This document shows positions 8,135-17,487 of a stretch of DNA of 64,000 nucleotides, piece by piece. This stretch comes from an uncultured Verrucomicrobiae bacterium (lineage in GTDB: Bacteria > Verrucomicrobiota > Verrucomicrobiia > Chthoniobacterales > JAFAMB01). The number at the start of each line of letters is the position of its first letter. The stretch's first letter is position 1. Below the pieces are notes generated by a model. That model saw only the letters and a program-made list of their open reading frames with translations. It was not told the DNA's origin and made no database searches. Both the position numbers and the translations under genes were made by a program. The DNA lies in the NCBI GenBank assembly GCA_963837955.1, contig CAWIPH010000002.1:3200001-3264000 (forward strand). The letters run 5' to 3'.

Positions 8135-9484
8135 TCAGGTCATAAGGGCGGCGATCCGACTTTCTGGAGAGCGACAAGTGCCTGCGAGCACAGCCTCGAA
8201 CAGGTACGCTAAGTTTTTAATTTCCGCTAGAGGGAACAGTTTCGGTCGGAAAAGCCATACTACCTCCAATCCCTCCTCCACTACCGTGATTTCGCATCCC
8301 AGGTAAAAACGCGCTGTACCGGTCGAGCGCATCCGGAGCCGGGCGGACAGTCCGTGCACCGTTATGTCTGGCACAGGATGGTTTTGCAAGGCGAACCGCA
8401 CTTCAAAAATGGGATTGTGCCCCGGTGCAGGCAAGTCTCCAAGCGCCGGTACGAGTTCAGCGAATGGCATGGCATTCGCGAAGGAATCCACGGTTGTTTG
8501 ATGCACCGCCCTTAGGCTCGCGGAGAACGGACGGTCTACATCGACCTGGCCTCGGAGTGGCACAATACCGGCGCAGTACCCCATCGTTTCCCGCACGGCC
8601 TGCTTGGCTCGATTCGCTACGGGCGTACCAACCAGGATGTCCTTCTCGCCTGTCCATTGGGCGAGCGTGACCTGAAAGGCAGCCAGCAGTGCGTTGAAGA
8701 GCGTTGTGCCAGTGACGCGGGCCAGCTCTCGCGCGGCATCGGCCAGATCGACCGGCAGATGCGAAACCCATCGATCGGGCGCACTCGACCCGGTCTCGGG
8801 TCCTTCCAGGGAGTTCCAGAGCCGCCGGCTTCCCGCGAGATTGGATTTCCAGAAAGCGGCCCGTCGCTCCAATTCCGCCGGCTGCCAGAACGCGCGTTCG
8901 GCTGCTCCCCAAGCCGGGTAGGTGAGCGACAATGGCGGAAGCCCCTCGCGCAGACTCATGAGCCCTTGCACATAGGCAACACACAGATCCTGGACGAACA
9001 CACCCAGCGTCCAGCCATCAGCAATGGCGTGATGAATCGCGAACACTAGCACGTGGTCATCGGCAGCTCGCCGGAGCCCCTCGGCCCGGTAAAGAGGTCC
9101 CTGCACCAGATCGAATGGCTCGCTGAAAATCTCTCTCGCCAGATCTTCGACCGCCTCTTCGTGCCTCTGCGTAGACGAAAGCTCGCGGAAACGGAAATTG
9201 GCTTCTCCGCCCTGGCGAATCATCTGTAGCGGCCGATCTTTGCCGGGCAAGAAGGAGAGGCGCATAACCTCCTGCCGTTCTACCACTCGCTGAATCGCAG
9301 CCTCGCAGGCGTGTCGCGTAATGACGCCCCGCATCTGGATAAGGCAGCAGATGTGGTTCGCTATATCCGTCACGGCTACCGGCGAGACCTCCCACAATTC
9401 CCGCTGGGGAAATGTCAGCGGTTGGAGGCTTGCTTTTCCGCTGGCCAGCCACTCTTTAAGAAGGGCGCGCTTGTCTCCTGACAT
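8135..9484 (-). CDS. Stand-alone NRPS-type condensation domain protein
   Basis: PLTFPQRELW, PFDLVQGPLYR, active site HHAIADGWT, VGTPVANR, PFAELV; no A or T domain. Confidence 0.92.
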   Translation of the reverse strand: MSGDKRALLKEWLASGKASLQPLTFPQRELWEVSPVAVTDIANHICCLIQMRGVITRHACEAAIQRVVERQEVMRLSFLPGKDRPLQMIRQGGEANFRFRELSSTQRHEEAVEDLAREIFSEPFDLVQGPLYRAEGLRRAADDHVLVFAIHHAIADGWTLGVFVQDLCVAYVQGLMSLREGLPPLSLTYPAWGAAERAFWQPAELERRAAFWKSNLAGSRRLWNSLEGPETGSSAPDRWVSHLPVDLADAARELARVTGTTLFNALLAAFQVTLAQWTGEKDILVGTPVANRAKQAVRETMGYCAGIVPLRGQVDVDRPFSASLRAVHQTTVDSFANAMPFAELVPALGDLPAPGHNPIFEVRFALQNHPVPDITVHGLSARLRMRSTGTARFYLGCEITVVEEGLEVVWLFRPKLFPLAEIKNLAYLFEAVLAGTCRSPESRIAALMT

Positions 9485-9501
9485 GTGGATCTCGGGTTCG
9501 C

Positions 9502-12500
9502 TTAGCGCACGGCGTCCTGGGGATCAGAAGCGTCATCCGAGGCCGAATCAAAGCGGAGCAATCCCTCAATTTCCTCGTCCGAAAGCGCTTCCAAATTCAC
9601 GTCGTCGGTGGACGCCTCGTCCGGCGCCGCCGCGCGTGCTGTGGTTGGCGCGAGTCCCCCATCAACCCTCTTTGCGCCCATGTGCTCAGCGATCAATGAA
9701 ACGATTTGAGCGATCGTGCGCGCCCGGATCAGGCTGGCTGATGGCAGCGCCACGCCGATTGCGCTTTCGATCGAGTTTTCGATCTCAACGCCCATCAGCG
9801 AATCGAGCCCCAACTCCGTGAGCGGCTGGTCGTCGCGTAGAGTTTCCGGCTTCACGCGCAGCACCGAGCCAACGACATCCCGCACCGCTTGCCTGATGAT
9901 GCCCTCCAGCTCTTCCGGCTTGGCCGATTCGACCTTGAGGCGCCAGTCGCTCGTTGCACCGCTCGTCTCCTGGCTTTCAACGGATGCAAAAATGCGCTCG
10001 AGCAAAGGATTCTCCTGCATGCCGCGGAAAAACTGGCGCCATTTCGCCCAATCGACGCGGATCGCCATCACTTGCGTGACGCCTGCGGCCAGGGACGATT
10101 CCAAAAGTCCCATCACTTCCCTCGGTGAGAGTTCCGTCGTGCCCTGTCGCGCGAGGAATTCGGCGACGCGTTCATTGCGAGCCACATAACCCTCACCGCC
10201 GAGAACACCCCAATTGACCGTGAGCGCTGGGAGGCCCAATGCGCGGCGGTGATGGGCCAGCGAGTCGAGGAAAGCGTTGGCAGCGCCGTAACTGCCCTGT
10301 GCCGGATTGCCAAAGATGCTCGAGACGGATGAGAACATCACGAAGCAGTCAAGTTCGAGATCTCGGGTGCCTTCGTGCAGCAACCACGCTCCATGCGCCT
10401 TGGGTGCCATCACGCTGCGGACCCGCTCGCGGGTAAGCGAAACGAGTGGCGCATCGTCGATTACCATCGCCAGATGGAACAAGCCCCGCAGCGGTTGATC
10501 GCCTGAACGAATCTCCCCGATGAGTCGCGCGACGTCCTGTGATGAGCCGATATCCGCCCGCACCACTCTCACATCGACGCCGACCTTGCGAAGGCTTTGC
10601 ACAAACGCCTCTGCTTCGGGCGTGGCTCCGCCGGTCCGGCTGGTAAGCACGAGATGGCGGGCGCCGCTGTCGACCAGCCATTGCGCCAGCACTTTCCCGA
10701 AACCGCCAAACGCCCCAGTGATTAAGTAACACCCGTCCGGATTGATCGCGAAAGCCGGCCGAAGCGGTTCTCCACGCTGGGGAAGGAACGCTTCGGGAAA
10801 CGCTACGACGACTTTACCGATGTGTTTGCCCTGCGCCATCAACCGAAACGCTGCGTCAACCCGGTAGGCGGGAAACGAACGGAACGGGAGCGGACCGAGC
10901 GCGCCCTGTTCGATGAGTCCGGAGATTTCCTCCAGTATTTTTCGGGTCAATGCCTCATCACCCGAGAAGACCGCATCCATCGCGATGACGTGAAATGACG
11001 CATTGCGGCGGAGGGGCCAGAGCGGGATCCGGGCATTCTGATAGATATCGCGTTTGCCGATCTCGATGAAGCGGCCGAATTCTGCGAGACATGAAAGTCC
11101 CATCGGAATTGCTTCGGCGGCGAGCGCATTCAAGACCACGTCCACGCCCCGCCTGCTGGTCAATTCCATTACGGCGTCTACAAAATCAGCACGTCGCGAA
11201 TCAATCACGTGTTTTACTCCCAGCGTTTCCAGCAGCGCGCGCTTGGCCGGACTGCCGGCGGTGGCGATGACCTCCGCCCCGAGATAGTGCGCGATCTGGA
11301 TGGCAGCCATACCAACGCCACCCGCACCAGCGTGGACGAGAACTCGCTCACCTTTCCGCACCCGCGCGATATTCAACAGCGCATGCCACGCGGTCATGAA
11401 AACTACGGGTAACGTAGCCGCCTGCTCAAACGATAGTCCACCAGGAATGCGGCGTACGTCACCGCCTCTCGCCAGTGTAAGCGAAGCGAGCCCGAACGCG
11501 GCGAGGCCAAAGACTCGGTCTCCGGGTATGACATGTTCCACTCCGGAGCCGACCGCTTTCACCACGCCAGCCACCTCGTCGCCGAAGATCCGAGCATCCG
11601 GCGCTTCGCCGGGATACAGTGCGAGCGCCTTGAGCACGTCGCGGAAATTCATTCCCGCCGCTTTCACTTCGATCAGCACTTCGCCGGCACCGCAGGCCGG
11701 CAGCGCGAAAGGCACGAAGCGCAGGGCGTCGAGATGCCCGCGCTCGCGGGACACGAGTCGCAGCGGCACCGCCGGATCGAGTAATTCCTCGCGCGAAGAC
11801 CGACCACGAACGAGGCGCTGAACGTATCGGGCTTCGCCCCGGAACGCAATTTCACGCTCGGCATCCTCGCGCAGCAGCTCGCTCCAAAGCAAGGACTGGT
11901 CAGATGCCGAAGGTTCGGGTGGCAGATCGATCTCGCGGCCCAAGAAATTTGGGTACTCGTTCCGGATGACGCGCATCAACCCGAGGAGGGGTGATTGCGC
12001 TACGCTGGTCGTATTCATCCCACGTCCCGCCGGCTGAGCTCCGCGCGTCACCAAATCGATGCGCCGTTTTGCAGGTTCTTTGATATCTTCCGTCGCCTGG
12101 ATCAGATGGAGCAACGCATCGGTGCCCATTAGCGCAGCATCTCCGGCGGCGTCTGGCCGCGGCTCGTCCAAACTCCACAGGTAAACAAAACGTTCCGGTG
12201 GAGCGTCGTCAGCGTATTCGTGAAGGAGCTGCTTCCAGTCGTCGAGCACCTCTGCCCGCAAAGTGAATGTGTCCGTCCCCTCCAGTGCAAAATGGTCGCC
12301 CCGTCGGGCGACACGGCAGCGGACGCCCAAGGCGTGCAATTGCGAAGCCAACCCGTCACCAAGACCGGAGGCGTCCGCGAAAATGAGCCATGACTTCTCC
12401 GCCGGCACCTCCAAGGGTGTCTCCGCTGAAGGAGAGACAGCGGCGGCAGAATCGTGCCAGGACTTGCGCGCGAGGAGACCGATCTGGCCTTCGCCTTCCG

Positions 12501-15500
12501 GAGCGACCAGTCCTGGCAGTGAAGCGGTCTCTTCGAAGCCCGTCTCCCGTAAGACGACCTCCCATTGAGAGCGCTCCAACAAAGGATGGAGCGGACGCAA
12601 ATCGCGATCGGTAAACCGCCACCAGCCGGTCGTGAGACCGAACACTACTTCCGTCCATAACTGTGGACTAGCGACGTCCATGAATACTAGGTTCCCGCCT
12701 GGCGCCAACAGTTCGTGAATATGTCTCAGCGTTGAACGCAAATCGCTCACCGCATGTAGCACATTGGTGCCGATGATGAAATCGAATGCCCCAGCTTCGA
12801 AGCCTTGCTCGACGCCTGGTTTTTCGAGATCAAGGATTTTGTATTCCACTTCAGGAAAGCCGGCCAGCTTCTGCATGGCGCCGCTAAAAAATGCCGCAGA
12901 GACATCACTGAAGGTATAGGAATGTAAATCGCGTTCGATCAGCGGCAGCACGTGCGAGGCTAGTCCACCGGTGCCAGCCCCAACCTCCAGGATGCGCAGT
13001 CCGCGGCCCTCTGGCAGATGGCGGGCTGCTTCCTGCACCGCTGCAGCGATCGCCGCGAGCCAGTGGCTTGTGTAGAGGCCCTCGCCATAGAACTGGTCCA
13101 GTAACTCCGCTGAGGTCCCGCCGAACAGCACCTGGACAGCATCCTTCTCACCACGCAGGATAGGACCGAGTTCGGCGCAGTTCGCGGCGCAGAGGAGGCC
13201 CTCGGACAAATGTCCGGAATGAGTGGAGATGAATGACCGCAGGCTTTTCTGGGCGGAGTTTGCCGCGCTCGTAAAGGAAGGCGTTAGCCGGTAACTGTCG
13301 TCTTCTCTTATGAGCCAGCCCCGTTTCACGAGGCTCGCGGTTAAACGCTCGAACACAGGTCGCATCGGTTCTGCCACCCGCAGAGAATCGGCCGTGAAGC
13401 CTTCGCTTAGCGCCGCCAGAGCTATCATTTTCTGGAGACCACGGGCGAGTTGCGCCGCAGCGAGGTCATCTCCGGCTTCCATGGCATTCTGAAGCTCGGT
13501 CCGGCCTCGCGTGGCGATCACCTGCTCCATTGCATCCTGCGCCGCGCCGCGCATGCGGTCCAACGATACTGGTGATCGATATGCAGGGCGCGACGCTGCC
13601 GGCGTTCGCTCCCACAGGAGATGATAAAGAACATTATGGTTTCCTCCCGTCGCGCCGGATCGGCGCGCCCCCGAGACGCTGATCGCCCGGAAACCATCCA
13701 CCAGCACACAAGGCCTTCCTGCCTCATCATACAATTCAATCTTGCCTTCGAGGTACTCGCTATTCCACTGCTGCACAGCGGCGCGAACGAGACTGGAGGC
13801 TCCCGGCGAGCGTAGAAACAGAATCTTGGCAAAGCGCACCGGTAGTTTTAGTTGAGCCTTGCGACCCTCTACCGTCGCGGCTCCTGCCGAAAGGATTTGC
13901 ATCGCTCCGTCGAACAGAACGGGATGGAGCGGATACTCACCCGCTCGATGAGCAATCGCGTCGGACAACGAAACCCGGCCCGCCGACTTGCCATCGCCAG
14001 CCGAGAGCTCGCGGATGGGTCGGAACTCATCGCCGTAGCGAAGTCCCATGTCACTCATGTGGCGATAGAAGCCCTCCACCTCTACCGGCGCGACGCCAGC
14101 CGCCGCTTTGCGTTCCCAGGGTGACGACGCAAAGCCCGATTCGGTGCGCTCGCCACGCATCGAGCCTACGACATGCAGTGACCAGGCAGCGCCTTGGTCG
14201 AACCTGCTCTGGATCAAGAAAGTGCGCTCATTCGGATTATAGGAAAACTCGACGTGAAGCCCCGAAACGGAATCCGGCAAAATGAGCGGCTTGCGAATCT
14301 CAAAGTCCTCGACGACAAAAGGCCGGCCCTCGAAGAGCTGCACGCCCGCTTCCAGTGCCATTTCGACAAAGGCCGCTGCTGGAAACACGACTAAATTCTC
14401 GACCCTGTGATCCTTCAGAAAGGCCATGTGCCGGGCATCAAGCCGCGCGATCCAGGTTGGCGTGGCCCAAGGCAGTCGGACATCGAGCAATCCGCGACCA
14501 CCGGAACCCAGACGGCCCTCGCGCCAGTCGCTGGACTCATGCCACCAGCGGCTCTTGTCCCAGGCGTAAGTCGGGAGTGAGAGCAGCCGCCGGGATGGCG
14601 TCATCCTCGCGAAATCCAACGGGACGCAGGAGCGGTGCAGCTCCATCGCGGTCTCGAGCACCGATTCGTGCTCGCGTTCCCGGCGTGCGGAACACATCAC
14701 CGGTGCTTTGCCGCCCCGCCCAGCGAGGCATTCCTGAATCGAATGAATCAACGCCGGGTGCGCGCTGATTTCCAACCAAACGTCCACCCCGAAGTCCGAC
14801 ACCGCGTTGACGGCAGACGCGAATTGCACCGACTGGCGCACTCCACGTCCCCAGTGAGCCGCGTTGCACTCCTGTCCGGCGCACCGCAGGCCAGTCACCG
14901 TGCTGAAAAACGGCACCCCTTCTCCCTGCGGCTTGAGATCGTCCAACGCTTCTTCCAGGGCCTCGGAAGCAGGCTGCATCAACGGGTGATGAAACGGGTG
15001 GTCTACCCGCACGAGTCTTGCGAAAACCCCTTGGAGTTCCAGCTCGGCGGCTATCGCCTCAAGTGATAGCCGGGAACCTGCCAGCGTCAACGAGCGAGGT
15101 CCGTTGAACGCCGCGATCGTCAGCGTGCGGTCATGCCGGGCAATCAGCGCCTGCGCTCCGTCCTCGTCCAGACCGACCGCGAGCATCGTTCCTTCACCCC
15201 GCGCACAGTCATCCATGAATCGGGCGCGCAACACGATCACCCGCGCTGCTTCCTCCAAAGTGAACACTCCCGCGACGCACGCCGCTGCCACTTCTCCAAC
15301 ACTATGGCCAACGATTGCAGCCGGCTGAACGCCCCAGGATTTCCACAATTCCGTTAGCGCCACCTGCATCGCAAAAATGGCTGGCTGCGCGATTTCGGTT
15401 CGATGCATTTGTGAGGCCTCTTCCGAGCGGCCGAGTTCCTCCAGCAGCGAGAACCGCGCCCATGGCCGCATCGCGGCATCGCACCGCTCGATGCTTTGTC

Positions 15501-17205
15501 GGAATACGGGCTCGTATTGCATGAGCTCAGCGCCCATACCCCACCACTGTGGGCCTTGGCCGCTCATGACAAAAGCGACTCGCGGCGCTTGCTCCGGGCT
15601 CGGCGCGAAGGCCATGCGCACCTTCGAGCCCTTCTCTCCCCCTACGTAGGCGTTAAGCTCCTCGACGACCTCTCCCATCGAATGGGCAATGAGGGTGAGC
15701 CGATATGGGTGATGATTGCGCTTGGCCCCAAGGGTGTAAGCCAGATCCGGCAGCACCGGCGAACTGCCATTCGCCTTGGACCGCTCATCTGACCAGGCGC
15801 TCAACCGCGATGCCGAGGAGCGCAGAGCTTCCTCGGATCGGGCGGAAAGAACCAATGGCCACGCGCGCTCTGAGTGGGTGCCTACATGCTCCGGCTGGGG
15901 GCGCGGCGGTGCCTCCGTGAGAAGGACGTGGGCATTCGCACCACCAAAACCAAACGAGTTAACGCCCGCTATGCGTACGTCGCCGCCGGTCTCCGGAAAG
16001 GGCTCCAGGGCGACGGGCACGCGGAGTTTCAGGGCAGCGAAGTCGATGTTTGGGTTGGGTATCTCAAAGTGTAAGCTGGGCGGAATGCGCCGGTGTTTCA
16101 GTACCAGCAGCGCTTTGACCAAACCGGCGACGCCCGCTGCGGTCTCCAGGTGGCCGAGGTTCGTCTTTACTGACCCAATGAGGAGAGGTGCATCCGCCGG
16201 GCGGTCTTCGCAGAGAGCTGCCGCGAGGGCGTGGGCTTCGATCGGATCACCGACCGCCGTGCCAGTGCCATGGGCCTCGACAAATCCGATTTGAGACGGA
16301 GCAACGCCGGCGTCGATGCATGCGTCACGCACAAGCCGCGCTTGCGCCTCAGCGCTGGGAAGCGAGATCCCGTTGGTGTGGCCGTCTTGGTTAAGAGCCG
16401 TTCCAATGATTACCCCATGGATCGGGTCGCCGTCCGCAAGCGCTTGAGAGAGCCGCTTGAGGAGCACCATGCCAGCTCCTTCGCCGCGGACGAAACCGTC
16501 GGCCGACGCGTCGAAGGCCTTACACCGGCCCTCCGGGGACAGCATCGAGGCCCGAGAAAAGCCGATAAATCCGCCGGGCGTAATCATGACGGTGACGCCA
16601 CCCGCCAGCGCCACATCGCCGCGGCCCGCCCTAATGTGTTCGCACGCCGCATGCACCGCCGTTAGCGCAGACGAACACGCAGTATCCATCGCAACGCTCG
16701 GCCCGCGTAGATTGAAGCAGTAGGAGACGCGGTTGGCGGCAATACTGTGTGCGCAGCCGGTGGGCGAGTGCGGACCGATGCCGGAATGCTCCCAAGGAGT
16801 GCCCTGAATCGCCTGATAATCATTGTGAGAAATTCCGACGAAAACCCCGACGTCAGTCCCCCGTTCGAGATCGAGCACGAGGCCCGCATCCTCAATAGCC
16901 TCCCAAGCTGTCTCCAACAGCAATCGGTGCTGCGGATCCACGTAGGGCGCCTCCCGTGGCGAGATCCCAAAAAACTGCGGGTCGAACTGATCAATCCCCT
17001 CCAAAAATCCGCCGCGCCGAGCGATCGACTTGCCCGGCAGGCCCAACTCCGCATCGAAAAATCGGTCGACATTCCAGCGGTCGGCCGGCACTTCACCGAC
17101 CGCCTCGCGGCCCTCCACGAGGAGTTTCCAGAATGATCCTGTGTCATTTACTCCGCCGGGAAAACGGCAGCCGATTCCGATGACGGCGATACGATCCTTA
17201 TGCAT
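9502..17205 (-). CDS. Type I polyketide synthase, single module KS-AT-DH-cMT-ER-KR-ACP (highly reducing, probably iterative)
   Basis: KS DTACSS/HGTGT/NLGHLE; AT GHSVG and HPFH; DH HRVENLVVFP and HPVLFDG; MT LEVGAGTGG; ER HAGAGGVG; KR TGAFGGFG, VIDD, YGAAN; ACP LGLDSLM. Confidence 0.96.
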   Translation of the reverse strand: MHKDRIAVIGIGCRFPGGVNDTGSFWKLLVEGREAVGEVPADRWNVDRFFDAELGLPGKSIARRGGFLEGIDQFDPQFFGISPREAPYVDPQHRLLLETAWEAIEDAGLVLDLERGTDVGVFVGISHNDYQAIQGTPWEHSGIGPHSPTGCAHSIAANRVSYCFNLRGPSVAMDTACSSALTAVHAACEHIRAGRGDVALAGGVTVMITPGGFIGFSRASMLSPEGRCKAFDASADGFVRGEGAGMVLLKRLSQALADGDPIHGVIIGTALNQDGHTNGISLPSAEAQARLVRDACIDAGVAPSQIGFVEAHGTGTAVGDPIEAHALAAALCEDRPADAPLLIGSVKTNLGHLETAAGVAGLVKALLVLKHRRIPPSLHFEIPNPNIDFAALKLRVPVALEPFPETGGDVRIAGVNSFGFGGANAHVLLTEAPPRPQPEHVGTHSERAWPLVLSARSEEALRSSASRLSAWSDERSKANGSSPVLPDLAYTLGAKRNHHPYRLTLIAHSMGEVVEELNAYVGGEKGSKVRMAFAPSPEQAPRVAFVMSGQGPQWWGMGAELMQYEPVFRQSIERCDAAMRPWARFSLLEELGRSEEASQMHRTEIAQPAIFAMQVALTELWKSWGVQPAAIVGHSVGEVAAACVAGVFTLEEAARVIVLRARFMDDCARGEGTMLAVGLDEDGAQALIARHDRTLTIAAFNGPRSLTLAGSRLSLEAIAAELELQGVFARLVRVDHPFHHPLMQPASEALEEALDDLKPQGEGVPFFSTVTGLRCAGQECNAAHWGRGVRQSVQFASAVNAVSDFGVDVWLEISAHPALIHSIQECLAGRGGKAPVMCSARREREHESVLETAMELHRSCVPLDFARMTPSRRLLSLPTYAWDKSRWWHESSDWREGRLGSGGRGLLDVRLPWATPTWIARLDARHMAFLKDHRVENLVVFPAAAFVEMALEAGVQLFEGRPFVVEDFEIRKPLILPDSVSGLHVEFSYNPNERTFLIQSRFDQGAAWSLHVVGSMRGERTESGFASSPWERKAAAGVAPVEVEGFYRHMSDMGLRYGDEFRPIRELSAGDGKSAGRVSLSDAIAHRAGEYPLHPVLFDGAMQILSAGAATVEGRKAQLKLPVRFAKILFLRSPGASSLVRAAVQQWNSEYLEGKIELYDEAGRPCVLVDGFRAISVSGARRSGATGGNHNVLYHLLWERTPAASRPAYRSPVSLDRMRGAAQDAMEQVIATRGRTELQNAMEAGDDLAAAQLARGLQKMIALAALSEGFTADSLRVAEPMRPVFERLTASLVKRGWLIREDDSYRLTPSFTSAANSAQKSLRSFISTHSGHLSEGLLCAANCAELGPILRGEKDAVQVLFGGTSAELLDQFYGEGLYTSHWLAAIAAAVQEAARHLPEGRGLRILEVGAGTGGLASHVLPLIERDLHSYTFSDVSAAFFSGAMQKLAGFPEVEYKILDLEKPGVEQGFEAGAFDFIIGTNVLHAVSDLRSTLRHIHELLAPGGNLVFMDVASPQLWTEVVFGLTTGWWRFTDRDLRPLHPLLERSQWEVVLRETGFEETASLPGLVAPEGEGQIGLLARKSWHDSAAAVSPSAETPLEVPAEKSWLIFADASGLGDGLASQLHALGVRCRVARRGDHFALEGTDTFTLRAEVLDDWKQLLHEYADDAPPERFVYLWSLDEPRPDAAGDAALMGTDALLHLIQATEDIKEPAKRRIDLVTRGAQPAGRGMNTTSVAQSPLLGLMRVIRNEYPNFLGREIDLPPEPSASDQSLLWSELLREDAEREIAFRGEARYVQRLVRGRSSREELLDPAVPLRLVSRERGHLDALRFVPFALPACGAGEVLIEVKAAGMNFRDVLKALALYPGEAPDARIFGDEVAGVVKAVGSGVEHVIPGDRVFGLAAFGLASLTLARGGDVRRIPGGLSFEQAATLPVVFMTAWHALLNIARVRKGERVLVHAGAGGVGMAAIQIAHYLGAEVIATAGSPAKRALLETLGVKHVIDSRRADFVDAVMELTSRRGVDVVLNALAAEAIPMGLSCLAEFGRFIEIGKRDIYQNARIPLWPLRRNASFHVIAMDAVFSGDEALTRKILEEISGLIEQGALGPLPFRSFPAYRVDAAFRLMAQGKHIGKVVVAFPEAFLPQRGEPLRPAFAINPDGCYLITGAFGGFGKVLAQWLVDSGARHLVLTSRTGGATPEAEAFVQSLRKVGVDVRVVRADIGSSQDVARLIGEIRSGDQPLRGLFHLAMVIDDAPLVSLTRERVRSVMAPKAHGAWLLHEGTRDLELDCFVMFSSVSSIFGNPAQGSYGAANAFLDSLAHHRRALGLPALTVNWGVLGGEGYVARNERVAEFLARQGTTELSPREVMGLLESSLAAGVTQVMAIRVDWAKWRQFFRGMQENPLLERIFASVESQETSGATSDWRLKVESAKPEELEGIIRQAVRDVVGSVLRVKPETLRDDQPLTELGLDSLMGVEIENSIESAIGVALPSASLIRARTIAQIVSLIAEHMGAKRVDGGLAPTTARAAAPDEASTDDVNLEALSDEEIEGLLRFDSASDDASDPQDAVR

Positions 17206-17487
17206 AGAAGTGAGTCACCTGATGTGACCGGAGCCTTAAGGGAAAATTCCGATCGTGACAAGTCAATGCTGTGCTGGGCTCTATAAAGAGGGTCAAACAC
17301 CGGGCGGGCGAAGGGCGGCGGCACTAAGCACGACGAGGGGCGTCCGAGTGAAATCGATGGCTATAAGCTTCATCCTTTTTCTTCTTTTCTTAGTCCCTTT
17401 TTCCCCAGTCCTTATTCGATTAAAGCGAAAGTGGTCGAAAAAACGGTTGTTTGGTGGGCATGCTCTGCACTAAGGCTGATAAATAAT

